Source of the DNA: Candidatus Pacearchaeota archaeon
GTDB lineage: Archaea; Nanobdellota; Nanobdellia; Pacearchaeales; GW2011-AR1
Assembly (NCBI GenBank): GCA_041654895.1
Contig: JBAZCR010000005.1
Coordinates: forward strand, 1-63,253
Reading direction: 5' to 3'
Length of the DNA: 63,253 nucleotides
Part shown: positions 39,576 to 49,522 of the stretch, piece after piece
Layout of the letters: each line of letters starts with the position of its first letter
How positions within the stretch are numbered: the first letter of the stretch is position 1
Notes under the pieces: generated by a model
Database searches by the model: none
What the model was told of the DNA's origin: nothing
What the model saw: the letters and a program-made list of their open reading frames with translations, nothing else
Translations under genes and position numbers: made by a program

Positions 39576-40335
39576 AAATTTTTAATCCTTTAACAGAATC
39601 TTCTATCGGGCTTGGAGATTCATTAATAATAGTATACTCTTTATCAATCTTTTTTAATTCCTTTAACAATTCTTCCCATTTTTTTTCACTTGTTAAAATA
39701 TGGTTTTTTTCTCCTTTTTCTGTATACTCTATTCCTGAGAAATGACAGTGCCATTTTTTTTGAGGAAATGCTTTTTTTAATTCTTCAAACCTGTCTTCTT
39801 TGTATCTTGCTAAAATATGGGCAAAGTCAATAGTAAAAGAACAATTGGTTTCTTTAGTTAATCTTGAGATCTCTTCAATAGAGCCAAAAACATTTATTTT
39901 ACCCATAATTTCAGGACAAAGAAAAACATTCCAATTATTTTTTTTAATTTCTTTTTGTAATTCTATTATATTATCTTTTATATTTTGGAATGTTTCTTCT
40001 TTTGATTTTTTTGAATAAAACCCTGCATGGAAAACAATGTTTTTTGCGCCTAAGTAATGACCTATTTCACAGCACTTTAATATTCTTTTTTTTGAATTTT
40101 CTACTTTTATTTTTTCTTCAGAGTTTAAGTTCACAAAATAAGGTGCGTGTATTGATAATTTAATTTTATTTTTTTTAGCAAATTCGCCAATTTTGATTGC
40201 ATCTTCTTTTTTAATATAAATATTATAAGTAAAAGGAATTTCACACGCACTTAAACCTAATTCTAAATACATCTTTAAATTTTCAATTGCTTCATTAACA
40301 GAACCAAGTCCAGAAGGACCAAAATTTATTTTCAT
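39559..40335 (-). CDS. nfo: Endonuclease IV family AP endonuclease (xylose-isomerase-like TIM barrel)
   Basis: 258 aa. SIHAPYFVNLNS, VFHAGFY and IDFAHI are the metal-ligand motifs. Confidence 0.75.
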   Translation of the reverse strand: MKINFGPSGLGSVNEAIENLKMYLELGLSACEIPFTYNIYIKKEDAIKIGEFAKKNKIKLSIHAPYFVNLNSEEKIKVENSKKRILKCCEIGHYLGAKNIVFHAGFYSKKSKEETFQNIKDNIIELQKEIKKNNWNVFLCPEIMGKINVFGSIEEISRLTKETNCSFTIDFAHILARYKEDRFEELKKAFPQKKWHCHFSGIEYTEKGEKNHILTSEKKWEELLKELKKIDKEYTIINESPSPIEDSVKGLKIFKEKF

Positions 40336-40824
40336 TTAATTTGTATTATTTAGTGGACTAAACATCTCTGCATTTATTTGTCCGAGATTTTGTGAAATGT
40401 AATTATGTAATTTTATTATTGTTTGTTCTTGTAAATTTTCTTTTAAGATACCATGGCAATTTGTTAAATCTGATTCAGGTAAAATAACAGAGCCTAAAGG
40501 AATATTACAAACCATAGAATAATCTTTTAATTTTAGTGTTTCTTGGTTAGTTAATTTCCCTTGAAGTAAAACAACCTCAACTTCACAAAACTCTTTATTT
40601 TTTCCATTAATAGTATAACCAAATATCATCTCTCGTCCACCAGCAAATTTTGTCTTCTTGCAATTTTCTAAATTATAATTAAAACAATCCCATGAATTAC
40701 ATTTTTCATAATTATTCATTAAAATTAAGATTAAAATAACTGAAACAATTACAATTCCGATTAAAAAAAATAAAATTATTTTCTTTTTAGAAAAAGAATC
40801 TCTAAATAATCCGCCTCTTAACAT
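40336..40824 (-). CDS. Membrane-anchored hypothetical protein (Cys-containing ectodomain)
   Basis: 162 aa. N-terminal TM segment IILFFLIGIVIVSVILILILM. It abuts nfo with no gap. Confidence 0.5.
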   Translation of the reverse strand: MLRGGLFRDSFSKKKIILFFLIGIVIVSVILILILMNNYEKCNSWDCFNYNLENCKKTKFAGGREMIFGYTINGKNKEFCEVEVVLLQGKLTNQETLKLKDYSMVCNIPLGSVILPESDLTNCHGILKENLQEQTIIKLHNYISQNLGQINAEMFSPLNNTN

Positions 40825-40910
40825 AAATATATTTAATTAGAATAGTATATAAATTTTAGGATTTCAAATAACTTTATAAAACACATTTGTTATTCTTAAA
40901 TTAGAAAAAG

Positions 40911-42293
40911 ATGGCACAATTTTTTATTTATGATATAATTTTCCTAGTATTGTTTACGACATTTATAGTATTTTTCTTGTATAAAAATAGAAAAAATTTG
41001 GTAAGAGATGGGTGGATGTTTTTGTATAAAACAAAATGGGGTATTAATTCTATGAAAAAATTTGATGAAAAATATCATAAAGTTTTGGGATATTTAAGAT
41101 ATGTTATTGTAACTGTTGGTTATTTATTAATGGCTATAATGATTTACATGTTATTACAAACTGTTTATATTTATATGAGTCAGCCAAATATTACAGATAC
41201 AATAAAAGCACCTCCAATTGCTCCACTAATTCCTTATTTTCCTGAATTATTTGGAATGGAAAGTTATTTTCCTCCATTTTATTTCACTTACTTTTTAGTA
41301 GCTTTAGCAATTGTCGCAATTGTTCATGAGTTTGCACACGGAATTTATATGAGATATAGTAAAACAAAAATAAAATCAACAGGACTTGTTTTCTTAGGAC
41401 CTATTTTAGGAGCTTTTGTTGAAGAAGATAAACAGAACTTTCATAAAAAAGATAGATTTAATCAAATGAGTGTATTAGGTGCTGGAGTTTTCGCAAATGT
41501 TTTGTTTGCTATCTTATTTTATTTTATTTATACAGGATTTTTTTATTTAACATTTACTCAAGGAGGATTTATTTTCAATAGTTATGCAGTAACGCCAATA
41601 AATTCAAGCTTAATTCAGGATTTTAATCATTATGAGAATTATTCAACTATTGATTTAGCTAATAATAAAACTTATTACATCGAGGGAATTTTAGCAAACC
41701 AGTTAAACTCCAGTTATGAAATTATTTATGCATATGACCCTAGTCCTGCTTATCTAAATAAGATAAAAGGTGTAATTATTGGGATAGATGATTATATTAT
41801 TAAAAATCAAGAAACACTCTCAGAAACATTATCTTATTATAATCCAGGTGATGAAGTCATTCTTTATTCTTTATATGAAGGAGAAATTTTAGAATATAAT
41901 ATTGCTCTTGGAGAAAATCCTCTTGATTCTTCTAAAGCATTTTTAGGAATAACATATTTATCTAGTTCAACAAATAATAAAATACAGTTGTTTTTAGCTA
42001 AATTAATGGGCTTTAGCCAAGATTCAACATATTATATGCCTAAATATAACAATGACTTAATTTATTTTTTCTATCATTTATTTTGGTGGATTATGGTTAT
42101 TAATTTTTTAGTGGCTTTATTTAATATGTTACCTTTAGGAATTTTAGACGGTGGAAGGTTCTTTTATTTGACTGTTGAAAAGTTTACTAAAAAAGAAAAA
42201 ACAGCCGTGATTATTTTTAATATAGTTAGAAGACTCATTATATTATTATTTGTCTTAATGATGGTTATTTGGTTAATTAGAATTATTATTTAA
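40911..42293 (+). CDS. Site-2 protease family (M50) intramembrane metalloprotease with a PDZ-like insert
   Basis: HEFAHGIYM (HExxH) and NMLPLGILDGG (NxxPxxxLDG), with multiple TM helices. Confidence 0.85.
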   Translation: MAQFFIYDIIFLVLFTTFIVFFLYKNRKNLVRDGWMFLYKTKWGINSMKKFDEKYHKVLGYLRYVIVTVGYLLMAIMIYMLLQTVYIYMSQPNITDTIKAPPIAPLIPYFPELFGMESYFPPFYFTYFLVALAIVAIVHEFAHGIYMRYSKTKIKSTGLVFLGPILGAFVEEDKQNFHKKDRFNQMSVLGAGVFANVLFAILFYFIYTGFFYLTFTQGGFIFNSYAVTPINSSLIQDFNHYENYSTIDLANNKTYYIEGILANQLNSSYEIIYAYDPSPAYLNKIKGVIIGIDDYIIKNQETLSETLSYYNPGDEVILYSLYEGEILEYNIALGENPLDSSKAFLGITYLSSSTNNKIQLFLAKLMGFSQDSTYYMPKYNNDLIYFFYHLFWWIMVINFLVALFNMLPLGILDGGRFFYLTVEKFTKKEKTAVIIFNIVRRLIILLFVLMMVIWLIRIII

Positions 42294-42330
42294 CTATAAA
42301 TTTAAAATACTAATTTTTCTTTATTAATTT

Positions 42331-43335
42331 ATGATTCCAGAAAGTGTAAAACAAAAATTAGAAAAAATGCAGTATAGGATAGTTGGAAATCATTCTGCTG
42401 TTCAAATTTGTAGGTGGACTAAAAATGCATTAAGAGGTGAAGGCGTTTGTTGGAAAGAGAAGTTTTATGGGATAAAAACAATTGGGTGTTGTCAGATGAC
42501 CCCTTCAGTTATGTGGTGTGAAAATTTATGCCTTCATTGCTGGCGTCCTATTGAAATGAATTTAGGAACAGATATTGGAGAAATAGATTCCCCAAAAGAA
42601 ATTTTAGATGGAATAATTAAAGAAAGAATAAAATTATTAGAGGGCTTTGGAGGTAATAAAAAAGTAAATCAAAAATTATTAAAAGAAGCAAAAGAGCCAA
42701 AACTTTTTACAATGTCTTTATCTGGCGAACCTACTCTTTATCCTAAACTTGGAGAACTCTTTAAAGAAATTAGAAAAAGAAATGCAGTAAGTTTTTTAGT
42801 AACAAATGGACAAAATCCTCTAGCAATAAAAAAATTAGAAAAAGATGGATTACCTACTCAAATAACTGTCTCACTAAATGCTCCTAATAAAGAATTATTT
42901 CAGAAGTGGCATAATTCCACTAAAAAAAATGCTTGGGAAGAATTTTTGAAAACTTTAGATTTGGTTAATTCTTTAGAGGGAAAAGTAAGAAGAGTTATTA
43001 GATTGACACTTGTAAAAAAAGGTAAAGGAGATACACCAAGATTAAATGAAATTACAAATATGTCTCAAGAAAATTTAAAAGAATATGCTTTACTAATAAA
43101 AAAAGCAAATCCAGATTTTATACATATTAAAGGATTTAAGAGTGTTGGCTATTCAAGAGATAGAATGGGTTATGATAAACAACCTTGGTTTAAAGAAGTA
43201 AAATCTTATTCTAAACAATTACTTAATGAACTAAAAGACGAAAATTATAAAATTGGCGCAGAAGATAATGCAAGTTGTGTTGTAATGCTTGCTAAAAAAG
43301 GTAAAAAATTAAAAATTAGAAAACAAGATTACTAA
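42331..43335 (+). CDS. taw1: 4-demethylwyosine synthase Taw1/TYW1 (radical SAM)
   Basis: HSAVQICRWTKNAL...CWKEKFYGI and CENLCLHCWRP (radical-SAM CxxxCxxC). Confidence 0.85.
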   Translation: MIPESVKQKLEKMQYRIVGNHSAVQICRWTKNALRGEGVCWKEKFYGIKTIGCCQMTPSVMWCENLCLHCWRPIEMNLGTDIGEIDSPKEILDGIIKERIKLLEGFGGNKKVNQKLLKEAKEPKLFTMSLSGEPTLYPKLGELFKEIRKRNAVSFLVTNGQNPLAIKKLEKDGLPTQITVSLNAPNKELFQKWHNSTKKNAWEEFLKTLDLVNSLEGKVRRVIRLTLVKKGKGDTPRLNEITNMSQENLKEYALLIKKANPDFIHIKGFKSVGYSRDRMGYDKQPWFKEVKSYSKQLLNELKDENYKIGAEDNASCVVMLAKKGKKLKIRKQDY

Positions 43336-43371
43336 CAAATAATTTATAAACAATTTTTAATTTTATTAATC

Positions 43372-44097
43372 ATGGCAAAAAAAGGTTTTTTTAAAAGATT
43401 AACAGCGAAAACACTTTATTTTCCTGGTTGTCTAACAAAATCAATTTTGAAAAAAGAATATGAAAATTATAAAGAGATATTTAATATTTTAAAAATTGAT
43501 TATATTTTAATGAATGATAAAGATCTTTGTTGTGGACTTCCAGCATATAATGGAGGATATAAAAAAGAAACTATAAAATTAGCTAAAAAGTTTTTAGATT
43601 ATTTAAATGAAAAGAATATTTCTAAAATAATTACTAATTGTCCTTCGTGCTATCACACATTTAAAGAAATTTATCCTAAATTAATTAGGGGTTGGGATGT
43701 TGAAGTAGAACATGCAACTCAAACAGTTTACAACTCTCTTAAAAAAAAGCCATTAAAAAATTTATCAAAAGAAAAAGTTACTTATCACGACCCTTGTCAT
43801 TTGGGTAGATATGAAAATGTTTATGATGAACCTAGAAAAGTCATTGAATTTTTAGGAGGGCAAATTATTGAAATGAAATATAATAAAGAAAATGCTCTGT
43901 GTTGTGGTGGAGGAGGAGGAGTAAGAGCAAATTATGAAAGTTTAGCAAAAGACATAGCAAAAAAAAGAGTTCAAGGCATAACTGAAGAAGTTTCAAGAAT
44001 AATTACTCCTTGTGGACTTTGTTATTCACAATTAAACGAAGCAGACCCAAGGACAATTGAATTTTCAACTTTTGTTTTGAGTAAATTAAAAAGATGA
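43372..44097 (+). CDS. Cysteine-rich (CCG) domain Fe-S protein (GlcF/LutA/HdrD-like)
   Basis: Two CCG-type modules: LCCG...CPSC and DPCH...LCCGGGGG. Confidence 0.75.
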   Translation: MAKKGFFKRLTAKTLYFPGCLTKSILKKEYENYKEIFNILKIDYILMNDKDLCCGLPAYNGGYKKETIKLAKKFLDYLNEKNISKIITNCPSCYHTFKEIYPKLIRGWDVEVEHATQTVYNSLKKKPLKNLSKEKVTYHDPCHLGRYENVYDEPRKVIEFLGGQIIEMKYNKENALCCGGGGGVRANYESLAKDIAKKRVQGITEEVSRIITPCGLCYSQLNEADPRTIEFSTFVLSKLKR

Positions 44098-44129
44098 TTT
44101 TGAAAACTTTTTTCTCATGAAGATAAATT

Positions 44130-45917
44130 TTGAAGATGGAAGAAACAAAAATAAACTATAAAGCCACATTAAAAAAATATCTTAGTTATATTTGGGACTT
44201 TAAATTTGTTTTTTTAATGTTAATTTTTACTGTTTTTTTATTAGAAATTCTTAGTGTAATTCCAAATTTTTTATTTAAATCCTTAATTGACAATGGCACT
44301 TTATTTTCAAATAATATTTTAGGAAGAGCAGAGTTTGTTCATATTTTATTAATTATTTTTTCAACTTTTTTAGTTACAAGACTTTTTTTAGTTGTAATGT
44401 TTTATATTAGAGCAAAATACTTAGCAATAGTTGAAGCAAAAATTGTTTTTAATTTAAAGAACCATTTTTTTAATCATATAATTGACTTAGATCATAATTT
44501 TCATACAACACATAAATCAGGTTCACTAATTTCTAAATTAAGTAGAGGAGCAGGAGCAATAGAAGGTTTAACAGATGTTATATTCTTTAATTTTGCACCT
44601 TTTTTTGTTCAAGCAATAATTATTGGAGCTTCTTTAATCTATTTTAATTGGATCTCAGCACTAATCATTGGTTTAGTTACATTCTCCTTTGTCCTCTTTA
44701 GTATAAAAATGCAGAAATTCCAACAATTAGATAAGAAATCTTACAATAAATATGATAATTTAGAAAAAGGAAACATCTCTGACATTTTCATTAATATAGA
44801 TTCAATAAAATATTTTGGAAAAAACAAATTTGTTAAAAACTTGTATAAAAAATACTCTGGTAAAACAAAAGAAAAACAAGAAAAATATTATTCTTGGTTT
44901 AAATTTTTTGATTCAGGACAAATAATTATAATTTCTATTGGAACAGTTGCAATATTAATTTTCCCAATCTTAGATTTTTTAAATAAAAATATAACACTTG
45001 GAACATTGTCTTTTATTTATACAACTTATCTTAGTTTAATTGGAAGTTTATATGGTTTAGTCTGGGGCATTAGAGGAGTCTATCGTTCACTAACAGATTT
45101 ACAAGATTTGTTTGATTATGAAAACTATCAAAAAGAAATAGTTGATAAAGATAAAACAATACCTTTGAAAATAAAAAAAGGAGAAATAGAATTTAAAAAT
45201 ATTTATTTTGATTATGAAAAAAATAATGATTTATTTAAAAATTTTAATCTAAAAATACCAGCAAATAAAACTATAGCACTAGTCGGCTCTTCTGGTTGTG
45301 GAAAAACAAGTCTAGTTAAACTATTATATCGTCTATATAACCTAAAATCAGGTAAAATTCTAATTGACGGAATAAATATTGAAGATGTCGCCCAAGAAGA
45401 ACTAAGAAATGAATTGAGCATAGTCCCTCAAGAAGTAATATTATTTGATGATACCATTTATAACAACATAAAATTCGCAAATCCATTAGCAAAAAAGCAA
45501 GACGTCTTAAATGCAATAAAATTCGCTCAATTAGAAGAATTAATCAAAAAACTACCCAAAGGATATAATACAATCGTAGGAGAAAGAGGTGTAAAATTAT
45601 CAGGTGGACAAAAACAAAGAGTATCAATTGCAAGAGCAATCTTAGCAAATAAAAAAATCCTAATCCTTGACGAAGCAACATCAGCCTTAGACTCTGAAAC
45701 AGAACATAACATCAAAATAGCACTAGAAAACCTAATAAAAAACAGAACAACAATAGTAATCGCCCATAGACTCTCAACAATAATGAACGCAGATTTAATT
45801 GTAGTCTTAGACAATGGAAAAATAGTTCAAGTAGGAACACACAGAGAACTAATCACACAAGACGGAGAATATTCAAAACTCTGGGACTATCAAAAAGGTG
45901 GATTTTTACAAGAATAA
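44130..45917 (+). CDS. ABC exporter, fused permease/ATPase (ABCB/MsbA-like)
   Basis: 6-TM N-terminal domain, Walker A GSSGCGKTS, signature LSGGQKQRVSIARA, Walker B ILILDEATSALD. The track start is a TTG, and the ATG at 44136 is more likely. Confidence 0.9.
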   Translation: MKMEETKINYKATLKKYLSYIWDFKFVFLMLIFTVFLLEILSVIPNFLFKSLIDNGTLFSNNILGRAEFVHILLIIFSTFLVTRLFLVVMFYIRAKYLAIVEAKIVFNLKNHFFNHIIDLDHNFHTTHKSGSLISKLSRGAGAIEGLTDVIFFNFAPFFVQAIIIGASLIYFNWISALIIGLVTFSFVLFSIKMQKFQQLDKKSYNKYDNLEKGNISDIFINIDSIKYFGKNKFVKNLYKKYSGKTKEKQEKYYSWFKFFDSGQIIIISIGTVAILIFPILDFLNKNITLGTLSFIYTTYLSLIGSLYGLVWGIRGVYRSLTDLQDLFDYENYQKEIVDKDKTIPLKIKKGEIEFKNIYFDYEKNNDLFKNFNLKIPANKTIALVGSSGCGKTSLVKLLYRLYNLKSGKILIDGINIEDVAQEELRNELSIVPQEVILFDDTIYNNIKFANPLAKKQDVLNAIKFAQLEELIKKLPKGYNTIVGERGVKLSGGQKQRVSIARAILANKKILILDEATSALDSETEHNIKIALENLIKNRTTIVIAHRLSTIMNADLIVVLDNGKIVQVGTHRELITQDGEYSKLWDYQKGGFLQE

Positions 45918-45962
45918 CAAAAAATGCAAAACAAATTTAAACTCCCTTCAATATTATAAAAC

Positions 45963-48596
45963 ATGGGAAAAGAGGTGAGATGTAAACAGTTGACAGTGAA
46001 CAGTAGACAGTCGACCGTAAACCGTAAACTGCTAACAGCCCTAATCCTTTCTTCTATTTTATTAATCTCTTTTGTCGCTGTAACAATAGCAACAGGATTT
46101 TTTGGAACAAACACAACAAAGATATCCTCACTAGAAAAAGGATTAATCGGACACTGGATGTTAGATGTAGAAAACGGCGCAAAAGATTTAACCCCATATG
46201 GAAACCATGGGAATGTTATAGGAGCATCGTTGACAACAGGAGTAAAAGATGAACCAAATAGAGCATACAACTTTGCTTCTACAAATAGAATCGAGATGAC
46301 AGGCATTAGTTTGTCTAAAGATGCTTCTTTTTGTGCTTGGGGTAATGCAAATACTGCTGGTACAAATATGATGCTATTCTCGTGTAATTCAAACTCCATA
46401 ACAGGTCCAGATTTCTATTTTACAGCTAGTACAATCGCCTGGAATTCAGGAGATAGTGCCAGTACACCCTTTAAAAAAAATGGGGTAAATGTTGCTCAAC
46501 CTACATTAAATGAATGGCACCATTATTGTATTATTAGCAAATCAGATTTACCAAAAACTTATTTGTATGTTGATGGAGAGTATTATGGAGAAGCAAATTA
46601 TAAAAGCCCAGCTCAGACTAATAGGGGATTTATTATTGGAAATTATTATCCTGGACAAACAGGTTATGCTTGGAGAGGGAAAATAGCAGATTTTAGAATA
46701 TATAATAGACAATTATCTGAAGACGAAATCCAGCTTTTATATGATTCTCACAAGCCAACAGCCTCGGCATCTGATTTGAATAAAGGTCTAATTTTATATT
46801 CTCCTTTAAATGGTGAGAACGGTATAGACTTCACGATTAATGAGTATTCATACCCTACATTCAATACATCAAGCTCAAATGGAGGGTGGAGCCATTGGGG
46901 ACAAAGTGGTGCATCAGGAAGTCATTCCCAAAATACTAACAAAGATTACATTTTTGATAAAACAAATACTTATTCACATAAAGTTTCAAATGGTTTAGGT
47001 GCTACTGGTAACTATATCCTCTACCAGTCTCCACCTATCGAGGGTCTTACTTATAGATCTCTTTCAGCAATTATAAAGTTAAGTGATGGGAGTCAGATTA
47101 CTAATTCTAAAGTTTATCCTGCGTGGAATGCAATTGCATCTGGGAGCATCCCAAATAATAAGTGGACCTCTATAGAGTATTTAGGTGATGGTTTTTATTT
47201 ATGTAAGGCTGAAGGAATTAGACAAGATGGTAGTAATGATTTAGTTGGGATTTATGTTACTCAGGGTATAGAAGCTTATTTTTCTAATGTTCAGTTAGAA
47301 CAGAAAATTTATTCTAGTTCATTTGTTAACGGGGGAAGAAATGGTACTGTTGATGATAGAAGTGGATATTCAAATAAAGGAATAAATTTTGGAGCTACAT
47401 TAACAAATGGAAGAAAGGGAGAAAGTAAAGGGGCTTATGTTTTTGATGGAACCGATGATTATATTGAATTTTATAATAATAATTTATTTAATTCATTACC
47501 AGTTACCTTCTCCTTATGGTATTATCATGACAGTACCCATGGTGGCGATCTTATCAATAAATATTATTCTAACTCTGTAAATGGTTATAGCATTGCTCTC
47601 TCTTCTTCCACTGGAGGAATTAGGCTTTATTATTTTAAAAGTGGTTCAAATTATATAGAAAATTATAATAGTTACCATGGTCAATCAATTTTAGATTCTT
47701 GGAATCATGTTTCCATAAGTGTTGATGAAAATAATGCGAAAATTTATTTAAATGGTGAATTGATTGCAACTAAAAACTGGGTTGGAGTAGCAGGAAAACC
47801 TACAACTAATCAAAACTTAGCTCTAGGTTATTATCCTGGTGCTACTTCATCATATTCAAATAATATAATTTCTGATGTCCGTATCTACAATCGAGTTCTC
47901 TCTGAAGACGAAATAAAATTACTTTTTGATTCTTACAAACCAAAAGAAACAAGCACTGGAAGTTTAAACAAGGGTTTAGTATTTGATATGCCTTTGACAA
48001 CAAGACATATGAAATCAAGCACAATAGTATCAGATTTAACACCTTATGGAAATGATGGTACAGTGATGAATGGGGCAGTAGTCAGCGAAGATGGAACTAC
48101 GTTTGATGGAGTAAATGATTACATCGAGATATCTAATAATAACTTATTAAATTTTGAGGCTAAAAATTTTACTATTTCTTTCTGGACATATAGAACATCA
48201 GAAGGATATCAAGGAGGTTCATATATCTCTAAAGGAACTCACAACTCTGCAGGATTTGATATGTATGATTCTAGATTTGAAGTACGTGCAGAAAGTGGTT
48301 TAGTTGCTAGAGTAAAAATGAGTGCTAATTTTAATGTTTGGGAAATGCATACTATGGTAGTAAATCAGCAATCTTCTCCATATATTAAACATTATATCAA
48401 TGATATATTGGATCAAACAGGGTACACTGAATCAGGGAATAAAGGTAGCATAAGCAATCTTAGAAATTTAATAATAGGGAGAAGCAATGCTGGTGGAATT
48501 AATAGATATTTCAATGGTCAAATCTCCAATGTTAAAATATGGGATAGAGCATTAACTGACGATGAAATAAAACTTTTATATGATAAGGGGAGATGA
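45963..48596 (+). CDS. Large surface protein with three LamG (Laminin_G_3 / concanavalin-like) domains and an N-terminal TM anchor
   Basis: 877 aa. TM segment LLTALILSSILLISFVAVTIA. Three modules each end in a variant of F/VRIYNRxLSEDEIxLLYDSxKP (FRIYNRQLSEDEIQLLYDSHKP, VRIYNRVLSEDEIKLLFDSYKP, VKIWDRALTDDEIKLLYDKGR). Codons 7-25 are encoded by heptamer block R1. Confidence 0.7.
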   Translation: MGKEVRCKQLTVNSRQSTVNRKLLTALILSSILLISFVAVTIATGFFGTNTTKISSLEKGLIGHWMLDVENGAKDLTPYGNHGNVIGASLTTGVKDEPNRAYNFASTNRIEMTGISLSKDASFCAWGNANTAGTNMMLFSCNSNSITGPDFYFTASTIAWNSGDSASTPFKKNGVNVAQPTLNEWHHYCIISKSDLPKTYLYVDGEYYGEANYKSPAQTNRGFIIGNYYPGQTGYAWRGKIADFRIYNRQLSEDEIQLLYDSHKPTASASDLNKGLILYSPLNGENGIDFTINEYSYPTFNTSSSNGGWSHWGQSGASGSHSQNTNKDYIFDKTNTYSHKVSNGLGATGNYILYQSPPIEGLTYRSLSAIIKLSDGSQITNSKVYPAWNAIASGSIPNNKWTSIEYLGDGFYLCKAEGIRQDGSNDLVGIYVTQGIEAYFSNVQLEQKIYSSSFVNGGRNGTVDDRSGYSNKGINFGATLTNGRKGESKGAYVFDGTDDYIEFYNNNLFNSLPVTFSLWYYHDSTHGGDLINKYYSNSVNGYSIALSSSTGGIRLYYFKSGSNYIENYNSYHGQSILDSWNHVSISVDENNAKIYLNGELIATKNWVGVAGKPTTNQNLALGYYPGATSSYSNNIISDVRIYNRVLSEDEIKLLFDSYKPKETSTGSLNKGLVFDMPLTTRHMKSSTIVSDLTPYGNDGTVMNGAVVSEDGTTFDGVNDYIEISNNNLLNFEAKNFTISFWTYRTSEGYQGGSYISKGTHNSAGFDMYDSRFEVRAESGLVARVKMSANFNVWEMHTMVVNQQSSPYIKHYINDILDQTGYTESGNKGSISNLRNLIIGRSNAGGINRYFNGQISNVKIWDRALTDDEIKLLYDKGR
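45981..46036 (+). repeat. Heptamer block R1 (8 units)
   Basis: tgtaaac agttgac agtgaac agtagac agtcgac cgtaaac cgtaaac tgctaac. It lies inside the LamG 5' coding region and translates as CKQLTVNSRQSTVNRKLLT. Confidence 0.9.
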
Positions 48597-48598
48597 AA

Positions 48599-48647
48599 AG
48601 TAAACAGTTAACCGTAAACAGTCTACCTTCAACACTGAACAATTGAC
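48599..48647 (+). repeat. Heptamer block R2 (7 units)
   Basis: agtaaac agttaac cgtaaac agtctac cttcaac actgaac aattgac. It starts 3 nt after the LamG stop. The right flank TTCCTTCAAAC resembles the right flank of R6, TTTCCTTTCAC. Confidence 0.85.
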
Positions 48648-48652
48648 TTCCT

Positions 48653-49198
48653 TCAAACCAAGTACTGTAATGTTGACAAATCAAAAGCTAAAACTTCTTT
48701 TTTTTCATCATTAAACACATTTCTAATAAAACGACCATCAAAAGAAATAATGCAAGAGTGTTTAAATTGTCGTATATGTTTTTCTGTCGCTAAGAAAAGA
48801 GAAATGTCGTTTCCATAGTCTATAAATTTATTATGACTTAACAAATCATTCTTATTTATTTGAATTTCATCAAAATTTTTTAAATCTTCTAAACATTCCT
48901 TTTTTATAATTTTATATTCAGATTTTAATTCTTTTCTTATTTTGTTTATGAATTCAGATAAAATATAAGGAGTTATAATTACTTTAGATATTCTAAAATT
49001 AGTTAGCATTGTAGATAAACATTGTATTTGATTTTCTTTGATGTTTGCTTTTTCTAAAATAAAGTTTTTTTCTGGATTTAGTTTGACATATTTATCTAAA
49101 AAGAAAATCATCAAAACACAAGTATCAAATATTACTCCATTATCAAAATATCTTTTTTTAAAATAATATGAGTCATCAAAAGGATATTCAACTATCAT
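48653..49198 (-). CDS. PIN-like domain protein (putative nuclease/toxin), unusually long
   Basis: 181 aa. The acidic residues are spaced as in PIN domains: VIFDTCVLM, ITPYILSEF, NDISLFL, ISFDGRF. Confidence 0.55.
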   Translation of the reverse strand: MIVEYPFDDSYYFKKRYFDNGVIFDTCVLMIFFLDKYVKLNPEKNFILEKANIKENQIQCLSTMLTNFRISKVIITPYILSEFINKIRKELKSEYKIIKKECLEDLKNFDEIQINKNDLLSHNKFIDYGNDISLFLATEKHIRQFKHSCIISFDGRFIRNVFNDEKKEVLAFDLSTLQYLV

Positions 49199-49458
49199 TT
49201 CTTCAACTCTTCTTCATGAATCTCTTTTGTCTCAAATATGTTTTTGTCTTTTATATTTATTCTTGCTTCATAAAAGAATCTTTTACCTTCTTTATTATCA
49301 CGAGGGATAAAACTATATTTAACAATATAAGTATCTTCTGCACAATTTGGTCTAATAGAGTGCACTTTAAATCCAAAATAACCTAAACTACCATAAGAAC
49401 CTACAATAATATCAATGACTGTTTCAATAACTTCTTTGGGACCTAAACTCGCCTCCAT
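49195..49458 (-). CDS. Small hypothetical protein translationally coupled to the PIN-like gene (putative partner/antitoxin)
   Basis: 87 aa. It shares an ATGA stop/start overlap with the PIN-like gene. No RHH, AbrB or HTH motif is visible. Confidence 0.5.
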   Translation of the reverse strand: MEASLGPKEVIETVIDIIVGSYGSLGYFGFKVHSIRPNCAEDTYIVKYSFIPRDNKEGKRFFYEARINIKDKNIFETKEIHEEELKK

Positions 49459-49522
49459 TTTAACCCCGCTAATATTTTTTAGACGAAAGAACTATTTAAA
49501 CATAATCACATCTTTGGGATAA

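Noticed and set aside
45890-46399. A 169-aa minus-strand ORF overlapping the ABC exporter 3' end and the LamG 5' end.
   Set aside because: It is antisense to two well-supported genes, partly reads through heptamer block R1, and has no recognisable motif.
45963-48596. A diversity-generating retroelement targeting the LamG protein.
   Set aside because: No reverse transcriptase ORF is present, and no near-identical template/variable repeat pair is visible. The three internal repeats are diverged protein-domain repeats.
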